Assembly (NCBI RefSeq): GCF_964355755.1
Contig: NC_092672.1
Location: 8,742,001 to 8,806,000, forward strand
Length of the DNA: 64,000 nucleotides
Direction: 5' to 3'
DNA from: Antedon mediterranea
Taxonomy: Eukaryota; Animalia; Echinodermata
Shown here: one piece after another, positions 27,383 through 39,232 of the stretch
Position numbering within the stretch: position 1 is the stretch's first letter
Layout: every line of letters starts with the position of its first letter
Made by a program: the position numbers and the translations under genes
The notes under the pieces: model-generated
The model's input: only the letters and a program-made list of their open reading frames with translations
Told to the model about the DNA's origin: nothing
Database searches by the model: none

Positions 27383-27517
27383 AGCTCTGTCTACACTATC
27401 AAACGAGTTGGAGTGTGATTTTCCCAAATATGGTAGTGTGTGATATGATATCATCGTGTTCATATTATGGGCACATTATTGTTTTGTCACATAAAGTTTG
27501 ATAGTCTAGACAGAGCT
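27383..27517. mobile_element. Harbinger-type MITE family B
   Basis: TTA|AGCTCTGTCTACACTATCAAAC ... GTTTGATAGTCTAGACAGAGCT. Confidence 0.85.
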
Positions 27518-29037
27518 TGTATCATTTCAACATCTCATTTTTTTTCTATCGGTTCTACAACCATGCACTGTTTTAGATTATATACATTTGCGCAAGATGA
27601 GCATGGGAGACAATTTCACATCAATAATTTATACATCTAGATCGTGTACTATGTTAACAACTTACATAACTCAATCAATTATTAAATCAATCGTTAATTT
27701 AATATGTACATTTATCATAATATATTTCTCGTTGACAACTTAATTGAGATATATTGTTATCAGTTCCACGAACGGCGAGGAGCACACACCGCGTTGTCCG
27801 CCTTATCATCAACATTGCTATATCACTTTAATCACCATCTCGTTTACATCGTCATCGTAAACTTTCCCAATCATTAAGTCACCTAAATGTCTTAATAACA
27901 ATCTCCATTTCGACTACATATCGTCGTCGTCGTTTCTGCTACCGCTTTCAACATAATTATTTTGGACATAAACCATTGGCCACCCAATGAAATGCATGGC
28001 CTCTTCGCTATAACATTCGTGTTAAAGAGCAGATGGATTCCGGGTTGCCAACCCGATTTGCCCTCCACATAAATTTTGAAAGATACAATGCAACTGATAA
28101 AACAAGAAGTTAAGTTGAGCACTTCTTTTTACAATGTTTAGACCATGGCCACGAATTAAAAAAAACCCTTGATACGTCACTGAACGAAAACGAAACATTT
28201 AGACATGTTAAACATAATTATGCCACAGGTATGGAAATAACTCACGTTTCCCGTAATGAATAATTCAACATTAATCACCACAGGCCATTAATGACAATTA
28301 CAAGAATGTAATTATATTCAACATATTTAATATTTCCTGTGATTTTATTTCAGACCTAAAGTTAATTCGAATCATCTGTCCCCATCTGTGATGGCTTCAT
28401 AAAACAAGTTGTTATCAAACATGTAGAAAATAGTTCTACTGATTAGGCCTAATTTCGATAATATCGAATTTTGTCCGTATCTTCCACCAAAGATTGTGGT
28501 TTTAATTGGTGTATTGTATTGTTACCCTTTAGCCATCAGCTGTGAGTTTGTTTATATGTGTATACATATACATATTCTCATCTGACTCCCCAATAACATG
28601 TTTGATTTGTGTTGATATAAAGTTTGCAGTACACCACGTATGACTATATATTTGGTTCTCAAAAGAACTGTTGAGTTTCTATACGTCTTCAGGAGTGAGA
28701 ATGTTTGATTTACCCTAAATTTGGTGATAGGCTTATTGCACTTTTACGCCCCTTATGGGCATCTTCTTTCAATACATATCATAAAATAAGATATACCGTT
28801 ATTAATTGCACCTTATTCGCTGTACTTTATCTCATTGACTTACGTTCAGTTTCATAAGCAAATTATGTAATGTAATGTCATATTATTACAGTATGTACCA
28901 CATGTCTGCATTATGTGCTTATTGTCATGATACATGCGTCATGTGATACATGTGACATTGTATTATACAATTTGCCGGCTATTCATTGAAAATTCATAGA
29001 ATAATATAAACAAGTAGGCCTATTGTGTAGGTGTGGA

Positions 29038-29294
29038 ATCTAACAGCTCTAGCTGGACGACAACAGTAGTGGCCAAATCTGGCATAATTATGCTGTCTGG
29101 CCAAATTTTGAACCAACTGACATCTAACAGCTCTAGCTGGACGACAACAGTAGTGGCCAAATCTGGCATAATTATGCTGTCTGGCCAAATTTTGAACCAA
29201 CTGGCATCTAACAGTTCTAGTTGGACGACAACATTAGTGGCCAAATCTGGCATAATTATGCTGTCTGGCCAAATTTTGAACCAACTGGCATCTA
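29038..29294 (+). repeat. 84-bp tandem repeat, 3 nearly identical units
   Basis: Units start at 29038, 29122 and 29206. A GCATAAT-rich region follows to about 29570. Confidence 0.95.
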
Positions 29295-30815
29295 GCATAT
29301 ATGCTAGGCATAATTTTAGAAAATCTAGCATAATCTGGCATAATTTGAAAGATCCAATGATACAGCATATGGCAGACAATTCAGCATAATATCTTGCATA
29401 TTTTCTAAAAAAACTAGCATAATTTTTACTAAATCTAGCATAATTTGGCCGAAAACCTTCGCACTTTCATGGTAAAAAAATACACATACACTGCCCTCTT
29501 TTCTGCTATTTTGGCCATAAATGTGTCTAACATAATCTGGCATCATTTTGTGCTGCCATCTAGCATAATTTTGTATTATACAATTTTCCGGCTATTCAAA
29601 ACTAATGTAGTTTAGCTAGCCGTCTCCTATATAATATCTTCTTGCCCGTTCGTCATTAACAGCCGAATCCAATGAAGAATAAAAGTATTGTAGGCCTACT
29701 GTATATAGATTACCCTTCTTATGGGGCACTATAAACAAATAATGATTTACACCATAACATAAAAATAATACTATTCAGTCAAGAGTCAAACAAGGCACAT
29801 ATATCTTCTATGTGACTGTATGTAAGTAAAACAGATCGACAAAACATTTATTACGAATGTTGGCAAACATATGAACCACTTTCCTTATGGAATATTTCTG
29901 GTTCAAATCGTTATTCTCTTCCTTATTCTATATATTTGTTTTTAGGTCGATTTTGTTGTTTTTATAGGTCTTCCTATCAATAATTAGACTCTTTCCTGGT
30001 CTAATGACTCGTCTCTCACCATCGTAGTATTTCGCAAAACACCAGACACAGACAAGGAGTTAAATCATTTATATTCAATTTGAGTTTTAGAAAGATCCAA
30101 AAATATCACTCATAATTCATCATGGTACCTATGTTGTAAAAATACGGAATCTGAATATTAGAAGACAGGCGAAACAGTTGCTCTGTCGTATTAGAATGCT
30201 TGAAAACCAGACAACTGTGGAAAAAAAAGTGGTTTCTTTGCATATCAAAGATGTTTTATATTTATTTTTGTATTCAACAATTGTGATAATACCATCTTAT
30301 GAAGCAATATAGATGTTACGATATCTGATGCGTAGAGCTATTCATATTCTGCATAGCAATTTGACCTTCATTGCTTGTCAGCCGAAAGTTTGTTGTTTGT
30401 CTACAAAACATTGGCCTAGGATGACCTAGGCAAATTTACGGCTTTTGCTTTCTGCGGTTTAAATCAATTATTACAGGCGACTATTGTCACTGCATGGCCT
30501 CACCTGGAAGATCCAAATATACGCGTTTCAATAATGTAAACACGTAGGCCTATGTTGTGTAGGTCCGGAATCCAACAGCCGTTGACTCAAGTTGAATGAA
30601 CAGCTCTAGCTGGACGACAACAGCTGTAGTGAGACGACAAATGTACATCTCTAGTTGGACAATAACAGCTCTTGATGACAGTAGTTCTAGCTAGACAACA
30701 TTATAGCAGCGGTCATGCTATTACCTCACCATTCATTACAGTGTAAATATATACTTCTCGTTAGTAGCCTACAGTTTTAAGTTTCTTTTTTTTATATTAC
30801 AACGCTCGTTTCGTA

Positions 30816-31860
30816 TTATTTTAACATCATGCTTGTTTCTTTTATTGTCAAGAGTGCATATGATCTGTCTTGCCTGCTTACATAGTCAGTTGAAAAGTTA
30901 TTTTGGCTGGTGATTCGAAGATCTGGTGGTGCTTTGAAGAAGAAGCATGGTAAATGCATGAGTTCGTTTCGTACTGCCCTGTTGATAACTAGTACCACAA
31001 TCGGGTGAGTACAAGCATTTATGTAGACTAAAGGCCGTCCGAAATCACACAGACGTTTACCTAGCTCAATGTAGACAAATTGTTCTTGCAAATACATGCC
31101 AAGATTGATAGGAAAATGGCAAACAGCAAACACGATAGTGATGAGTAGAACGGACAATGCAAGACGATTCCGCTGTCGTGTTCGCTCTTTACGATTCGTT
31201 GAGTTTTGTGATGCGGAGCTGCGTCGACTGCGGAATAAAATCACTGCCATCTCTACGTAGAATGTCGATATCACGCACAGTGGGATTACGTACATAACAA
31301 TTCCGCGCGTGATCTCATATACTTTGGCTCCCTTGGAAAATCGCGGAATATATTCACATACATCGTGCTTGTTTAGTTTCCCACAAACAAGTATAGGCAC
31401 GCTTGATAATATTGATAACACAAGGATAAACAGTAGAATTATATAACGAAATCTAATAACAAGGGTTCTACCACGTATTGGATTCCGCACGACCATGGAT
31501 CGATCAAGGCTCAGCGCTACTAAAGTAAAAATGGCAAACCCTTGTACAGTGACTTCAAACGCGCTGTACAGTTTACATTCTAAATCGGTAGAAATCTTAA
31601 CTCGTTTGTGAAAAAACTGCCGAAACAAACTACGATACGCTAGAAAAACGAAGTTACACAAACAGAGCCACATGATAAAGAAATAAGCGTTACCGCACAC
31701 GAAACCACGAGTAGTTCCACACATGCATATTTTGATGCATACTGCAACTAATATGAGGTTAAGGATTATACCAATACAGCACACGGTCATATTTACATAC
31801 ACTAGCGCCTTACTATCCAACCAGCTCGAGTCCGTTGTTGCCTCCGCTGTAAAATTATCA
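30816..31860 (-). CDS. Class A (rhodopsin-like) GPCR, main coding exon (7TM), peptide-receptor-like
   Basis: Seven hydrophobic segments; GIILN (TM1), CKL..FTLVALSLDRS (TM3), YVIPLCVISTFY (TM5), VFAVCHFP (TM6), INACTHP (TM7). The frame extends 13 codons upstream of the TTG in the ORF track to the acceptor TTTTTTCAG| at 31861 (phase 2). There is an in-frame stop further upstream and no ATG. Confidence 0.93.
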
Positions 31861-32240
31861 CTGAAAAAACAAAAACATTATAAGTCTATAGTAATATATG
31901 AATAATCTTTACCAACTGTGGGCTCTAAATTACCTTAAACGTAAAGTTATATAAGCGTTATGTACATATAAACATTCCAAAAACTTGATGAAGAGGCCCG
32001 ACTATCCAAGATGGGCGAAATGGTTATACTTTTTAAAGGACAGCATTAAGCGATTTTTTTCAGTTTTATTCTTAAAGATAACCCTGTTCACATAACACAT
32101 TGTGATGGACTTGTTTCGTCTTGATAGGTAGCCAGAGTAGGATCTTAACCATCAAAGCATAATGGAATAAATTGGCGGATGGCCCAGTAAAAACTAGTTT
32201 TAAATTTGACTATTTGACTATAACACATGCATTCATGTTT

Positions 32241-32433
32241 TAGTTCCCACTAAAACGCAACACAGCGACGTATTGACGCAACGTGCTGTATTGCGTAATC
32301 ACAAGTGAGAACCGACGACGCAACAGTGCTGCAAACATCGCAGGTATGATTTCGCGCAGGCGGGGCAAACACAATTATTGGAAGGGCATTTTCTTACTTT
32401 GCGTTACGTTGCGTATCTAGTGGGAACAAAGCT
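32241..32433 (-). mobile_element. Harbinger-type MITE A2 (in the GPCR intron)
   Basis: GTTCCCACTA...CTAGTGGGAACAAAGCT|TTA; A2 interior. Confidence 0.85.
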
Positions 32434-33238
32434 TTAGATCTGACGAAAACTGTGGCGACGTGTAAACGGTACATTATGTAACAGTATGTCGTCAAGCATA
32501 ACTTAATAAATGTCATATGTCAAATACTATCATCTCTTTTGTTACGATTGTTTATACTTAGAATACTGAAATTTTTTTTTTCCACAACGTTAACGCTAGA
32601 ATTGCATTTAATAGCAATACTTTATATCTTAACATCTATAAATTACGTGACATCTCTGTCAAAGAATATATACACTTAATAGTAGAATCATAAGTGATTG
32701 ATAAATGATGGTTTACAATGACTAAATAAATTTAATATTTAATCCGTGTTTTATGATTACAGAACGATCCATTATATAGTGTAAAGATTATGGATTGAAG
32801 TCACGATTGTATAACATCATTTATTTCACCATTGTTTTCTGCCTCGGGTTAAGTGATCTGATCGTCCAAGGAAATGTGTTTGTCTTCGCAATAATAATTA
32901 TTGTGATTTACATGACGATAGCTAGTATAGATAGCATCCTATTGTGTAAGTGTTTACGGACGTGTATATATTATATGTCATTCTGAAAAAAAAATCATCA
33001 CAATAGTGTATCGAATATGACATTTTCTGTAATCTTACACATGTATTAATTTACACGTGAAGTGGCACAGTGTATGGGTACCTAAGGTGTAAATATACTT
33101 TAAAAAAAAATCTGACTGGTGGACTAACATAAAAAATACATAACTAGACTGGGCGTTGTATCAGGTTTCTTTACTGGTGTTGGTACTATATCGTTTGCCT
33201 TCTAATTGGATCCAAGATTATAATTATAATATCATCAT

Positions 33239-34382
33239 TCAAGTCAAGTCAAGTATCATTTATTATCATTTGTTTTAGGAAAAACATAGAAATTCTGTTT
33301 GCTCTGTTGGCGGAGCACAATATCCAACGGACACAACACGAACTCAAAAACAAAAACATTACAGAAAAAAAGTGTCTACATCATATGGCTCTAATAGATC
33401 CTGGAAAGAAACTATTTGTAAATCGTGCCTTATTGGCCTTAATAGAACGAAATCGCCGACCGCTGCGCATCAACTGGAACATACTAGAGGCCGGATGAAA
33501 TTGATCATCTTTGATAGCCACTGCCTTTTTCAGAAGACGATCCGAAAATATGTTCTCCAAAGGCAGTTGTGTAGATCCAATTATACGCGATGCGGTCTTG
33601 ACTATTCTATTTAGGTCACGCTTTTCATTTTCGGTAGCGCTACCGAACCATACCGTTAAAGAATACGTTATTACACTCTCTATAACTGACCTATAGAAGG
33701 ACGACATTATTTCAGAGTTTATACCAAATGATTTAAGTCTACGTAGGAAGTAGATTCTTCTTTGGGCCTTTCTAATAATGTTACGTGTGTTAATATGCCA
33801 CTTCAGATCATTTGAAATATAAATACCCAAGAATTTAAATTCTTCTACAAACTCAACTGATATACCATTAATAAATATTGGATATTTGACAATAAGTGAT
33901 TTACGGAAGTCAACAACCATTTCTTTAGTCTTAGATACATTCAAGAACAGATTGTTTTCGTTACACCAGTCTACAACTCGTTTAACTTGGTTGCGATAAT
34001 TAGACTCATCACTGTCATCATTGATTAGACCTACAATGGTAGTATCATCCGCAAATTTAGCGATATGACAGTTACTGTAGTAGGTAACACAGTCATAGGT
34101 AAATAAAGTAAAAAGAAAGGGCGACAGTACACAGCCCTGTGGTACACCTGTATTTATAATACGCTTATCTGATATAATGGTACCCACTTTAGTACGTTGG
34201 GGTCGATCAGTTAAAAAGTTTAACACCCAGTTACATATAGAAATATCGAAACCGATTTCAACCATCTTAGTGTGTAACTTATATGGTACAATCGTATTAA
34301 ATGCTGAACTAAAATCTATATATAAAATCCTAGCATATCTTTTATCACGTTCGAGATGCTCTAAGATCCTATTCAATTTCAC
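33239..34382 (-). mobile_element. 5'-truncated Rex1/Babar-like LINE with an uninterrupted RT reading frame (33381-34382)
   Basis: Motifs RILYIDFSSAFNTI, TGVPQGCVLSP, KFADDTTIVGLI, LNVSKTKEMVVDFRK and FKFLG. Short 3' UTR with AATAAA and a (CTTGA)n tail. Confidence 0.92.
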
Positions 34383-34756
34383 ATACCATATTCGAAAGTT
34401 GCAATAATGTGTACATTATTAAATTATCCTGTACGTGTTTCGCATGGAAACACTTATCACTTATAGGTATATCGTTAAAAGCACTGTAAAGAAAGAATCA
34501 CGTGTGTAACGCAATAATTCACCACAAACGTTCAGTTATCAGTTTGTACACGAATGTGGAACGCGTGCGTATTAAATCCATGGATTATTCAAGTAAAAAT
34601 CCGTTACTAAATAATTCCTTGTGTTAGGTTAGTTTCATAATGATGTAAATACCTTAAGGGAAAAATATCTTAATGGTTCGTGCTTTGTAGTATAATAATG
34701 CAATTCACTTGAATACTGTAGTATTTCCAATGAATAATAGAATTCGTATACAATAC

Positions 34757-35132
34757 TAATGGAATTATTATGTAGAAAATGCAGTCATGCCTAAAACTGA
34801 ATTGTTTATCTTTTTGTCCTTACGAATTGGACAGGATTAGACTGCATTTTTTTGATACATGATACATCAATAATAATTAACCCCGAAGACGATTTTACAT
34901 TGTGTCATTTTAGTGATGAACTTGTCAAATGATAAACTAATCCATAATGGAATTATTATGTAGAAAATGCAGTCATGCCTAAAACTGAATTGTTTATCTT
35001 TTTGTCCTTACGAATTGGACAGGATTAGACTGTATTTTTTTGATACATGATACATCAATAATAATTAACCCCGAAGACGATTTTACATTGTGTCATTTTA
35101 GTGATGAACTTGTCAAATGATAAACTAATCCA
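34757..35132 (+). repeat. Near-perfect 188-bp tandem duplication
   Basis: Units start at 34757 and 34945. I could see only one substitution (GCATT/GTATT). Confidence 0.95.
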
Positions 35133-35243
35133 TATCAATAAACCTAATTCGAGGGCATTTTTATGCTATAAAAGGTAGGGACATAACTAAGGGCCAAAAT
35201 CATAACGAGGCACGCATACACACAGGATGATTTATCATCGTTA

Positions 35244-35450
35244 AGCTTGGTTCCCACTAGCGACGCAACGTAACGTAATCTACGCAACGTAAGCAAATGT
35301 CCTTCTAATAATTGTGTTTGCCCCCTCCTGCGTGAAATCAAACATGTGATGTTTGCAGCACTATTGCGTCGTCGGTTCCCACTTGTGATTACGCAATACA
35401 ACACTTTGCGTCGATACGTCGGTGCGTTGAGTTCTAGTGGGAACCACGCT
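35244..35450 (+). mobile_element. Harbinger-type MITE A2, full length
   Basis: TTA|AGCTTGGTTCCCACTAG ... CTAGTGGGAACCACGCT|TTA; matching 3-bp TSD. Confidence 0.92.
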
Positions 35451-36230
35451 TTAAGGAGTAGCCTAGTCGACTAACCGTGACGAAGGATATTTTCCGAATT
35501 TTACGGGTTTTTTTTAAATTTCAATTTTCATTGCGCATCTCAATTCTAACAGCCAGCCCACCATCACTGTTATCGACTTTATTATATTGTTTTTCTAGAG
35601 TACAAAAGCAAGCCATATTTAATTTAGGCTTCATACGTTAAAAAAACAGATTTTAAAATGATGTTAAATATTGGAGTAATGGAGCAAAGCGTTGGTGCTA
35701 ACGATTTACGCGCGAAATCTGTATGTCCTAAAGTATGGGAAGATAAATTTGGTAATAGCACTAAAGCATAGTTCGCTTTCTTTTTCTCTGTCCGTCGCAT
35801 TTCAACTTATTTATCTCACAGCTGTCATTAGGTAGATATCAACTGTCTATTGACATTCATTTAGCCTAATTGTAAAACTACTTTTAATACATTTGTACGA
35901 GTTCACGTACCAAGAGTCTTTCACAGAACTTATTAATGTATACTGGTAACGAGTTCCATAGGGACACATTCGGAACCCAAAAAAGTGCCCATTATAAGGT
36001 TTGGCCGTATAGTGTTAACTTATTCCCCTCGTTCGATTAATAGGGGTTGGTAGTAGTGTTGAAGGCTATTCTCCCTCGATCGATTCACAGAGCAAGTGAT
36101 TATGGGTTACACTATAGGATGCTCAAACAATTTTTGTACTTTGATCCGCTTAATGTATATTCTTCGGGCTATATTATCGGATTAAAATGTTACCATTCCG
36201 TAAATATTCACTAATTATACAGTAACTTAC

Positions 36231-36268
36231 ATTGTGGCGTTTCCCTGATCGCCATTACTTATGTACAT
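36231..36268 (-). CDS. Predicted first coding exon of the GPCR (MYISNGDQGNAT-I)
   Basis: ATG plus 38 nt, then the donor AT|GTAAGT. Phase 2 matches the acceptor at 31860. The joined N-terminus MYISNGDQGNATIDNFTAEATT has two N-glycosylation sequons (NAT, NFT), as expected for a GPCR N-terminus. Confidence 0.75.
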
Positions 36269-37268
36269 AGACAAACAAAACGTGTTAAATATGTTCGTGT
36301 ATTCGAAGCATACAATTTCAAAAAGCTATAAAAATGAAAGGTAGTTTAGATAAAAGACGAGAACATGTTTGTCTCAGGTGAAAAATAAACTTAGAACATT
36401 GACGAGGCAAATCAGGACTGTTTGCTGTTTGCATTTTAAATTTAAATTAATACGTTGCACGTTATCTTGTGTACGTACATTCTTAATTATTAGCAACTAA
36501 TTAAAACAATTCCAGCTGTTCGGATCAAGTCGCAGATAGATGGCATATAACGTGATAAAATTCAACATTACAATAATATAGCACGTGAAATAATGGGTAA
36601 TAATAGAAGAGGGAATTACTTATGCTGTACACAATGGCATGAGATATGCTTAATAACGCCAGTAAAAGTCTAGGCCGTATGATACTATACATATTTGTAT
36701 AAATTGTATCAGTGAATAGGAGTTGTTTTGATTTGTATTTGTTTAAGATCAGCATAGTGTATATTAAGTGGCTTTTTATGTATTCCTATTTTTGTATTGC
36801 GAATACTCATAATAAACATCACAGAAACATGAGTTTAAAAAAAACAGAGATGAAATTTATGACAAATTAAGGTCATCTAGGCCTACGTATGTCTAAGTAA
36901 AACATCTAGAGAAAATGGAATTGTAATGGCTATTATAGGCATATTATAAGATAAACATTGTAATAGTCTATGTTACTTTGATGCGGAATTTACGTTATGT
37001 AGTATAAAATTACCTTAGCATAGCTTTCGATTGAATTTGTTTAATTTTTCATTATGAGTCTATTTATGCATGCATTATGAGTGTATACATGGGTGTTTTT
37101 AAAATATTACACCATAAAATGTGGGCAAGGTCGTTAATGAATGAACAAGTGAAACTTAGATAATTAAATTATAATATCTTGTTGGTAAGGACATGCAATA
37201 TGTTGTATTGATACAGTAACATCACATGACCCAAAATGTATATATATATATTGAACAATACCATGAAA

Positions 37269-37340
37269 GCCCCAGCGGTCTAATGGTTAGGACAGCTGCA
37301 TATCAAGCAGACAGTCCGAGTTCGAGTCTTGGTTGGGGCG
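37269..37340 (+). tRNA. tRNA-like cloverleaf with anticodon ATC (Asp); probable pseudo-tRNA or repeat-borne
   Basis: Acceptor GCCCCAG/TTGGGGC, D stem GTCT/GGAC, anticodon stem CTGC/GCAG, T arm CCGAG-TTCGAGT-CTTGG, followed by ACTTTTT. Non-canonical C8, A32, A34 and a G27:A43 mismatch. Confidence 0.65.
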
Positions 37341-37447
37341 ACTTTTTCTCATTCTCACAGATTTCCTCATCTTTATCGTTTCAAATTAATTAATTAAATT
37401 TCAGTATATCACCGGGCGGTTTAGAATTAATGTTCTTTGCCTGATGT

Positions 37448-37449
<2 letters not shown>

Positions 37450-37502
<53 letters not shown>
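37450..37502. repeat. (TA)n microsatellite; a shorter (TA)n lies at 37239-37251
   Basis: Directly visible. Confidence 0.95.
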
Positions 37503-37505
<3 letters not shown>

Positions 37506-38494
37506 ATAATACATAAGACTGTATTAGCACCATGTATGTACCTGACTGACTAGGCTACTTGACTCTATTCTTCTAAAACATGCTGTTATTTACGAGGGTG
37601 CATTTTACAGTCTTTTCCATAGTAATGAACTGTACACTAGCCATAGTCTATATCGGTTCTAGACGGAGATTCTACATAACATTATCAAAAATAACATTTT
37701 GCCACACACGGTGTTTAGACAGAAAATAAAGAAACCGTGGATGGAGAGTCCCACATGAGTTACTTTCAAAGTTCTTCGGAACGTATTCTCAATATACTAA
37801 TCGTTTAGGCCTGCAATTACATCACAGTATAGGCTACTTACCTACTAAATGCACTAAAATATGAGGAGTAATAGTCCATCTTGATTTTCCAAGTAGGGCC
37901 TATTCAATTACTCTCAAATTGACAAAAATTTCATCAGATGATGCAGAGAGATGATACAACAACAGACTCCCTTCTTGCTACCGTTCGACACAATGCGTTG
38001 TTCGTTAATAAACGACTTGTGCCGAAAAGTCCAGTTATGAAGCTTATTTGTCACGTGATTCTTCAGAAGACAACAATTGTGAAACTACGGCAATTATTTA
38101 AATAAAACATCCAAGAACCAAAATGAATAATTGATAATAAGGAAGTGAATTTGATAATTAAAATAATCAATCTATATTTAGCTACAATATTTTGATAAAT
38201 GTAGATTACCATTACACATTTGTAAATCAAACCTTATTTATTTCAATATCAAATCTTTAGAACATGAAGCTGCCATAGTGCAGTAACCTATCTAAGCCTG
38301 TTGATTAAAACGTTCCATACATATTATTGATTTATTTTGTGTTATTATTTTAATGTCCAAAATATCAATTTTTAAATAATTATGGCAATATTTTATTAAA
38401 ACATAATGCGTCAAAGATGCGTTAGAGTATGTTGTGTGAGTATTTCGGTTTCTTGTAATTATTCGCATAGCAGGTTTCCAAACTAAAATAATTT

Positions 38495-38837
38495 TGGTGG
38501 TGCCCACTAGAGACGCAACGCAAGGACGTACGCGTAACGCAAGGAGTTGACCAATGACAAGCCACTGTTCGAATAATCATCGCCTGTGATTGGTCAAATC
38601 ACTTAAGCGTGGTTCCCACTAGCGACGCAACACAAGGACGTAACGCAACGCAACGCAAGTGAATTGACCCATCACAAGCGATGGCTTATTCGCTTGTGAT
38701 TGCTAACTGTCTATAACTTCGCTTGTCATTGGTTAAAACGCTTGCGTTGCGTTTACGTCCTTGCGTTACGTTCTAGTGGGAACCAAGCTTTACGTTGCGT
38801 TACGTCTTTGCGTTGCGTCGCTAGTGGGAACCAAGGT
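38495..38837. mobile_element. Outer family A-type MITE carrying a nested A1 copy
   Basis: CCCACTAGAGACGCAACG...AAATCAC[TTA insert TTA]CGTTGCG...CTAGTGGGAACCAAGGT|TTA. Confidence 0.85.
38606..38789. mobile_element. Harbinger-type MITE A1, full length, nested
   Basis: TIRs AGC(G/T)TGGTTCCCACTAG. TTA TSD at 38603-38605 and 38790-38792. Confidence 0.95.
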
Positions 38838-39232
38838 TTAGGAACAGGGGAAACTAACATGCAGCAACGAATGGTCCATGTTTTTTTTCTATTTTCCAAC
38901 TTCTTGACCTAAACATTATGTTTGTGTTATAGTAACACAATCTTGTTACCGGACAACTAGGTGTCATGCATGACTGTGGAATGTAAGATATCTGGTTTAA
39001 TGACTTGCTCTGTTAAAAAAAAAATGCAATACTATAACCCAGATTTTTTCTCATGACGACATTAGGCCGTAGAATGTATAATTTCACAGTTATCCTTTAA
39101 TTCACTTTAATTCAATACATTTTTGTTCATAATTTCAGCCATAAGACGTTAGAATTATTGCAAATATTAATCAATTGAAGCTAAAAGCTATGCTTTTAAT
39201 TTTCTACATATCTAATCTTATTTAAAATCGTA

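Noticed and set aside
28994-29546. Several repetitive ORFs on both strands; possible CRISPR-like array
   Set aside because: Products of an 84-bp (multiple of 3) tandem repeat with no unique spacers and no cas genes, in eukaryotic context.
37269-37340. Functional housekeeping tRNA-Asp
   Set aside because: C8, A32, the ATC anticodon, an anticodon-stem mismatch and the (TA)n-flanked context argue against a canonical tRNA; kept as tRNA-like.
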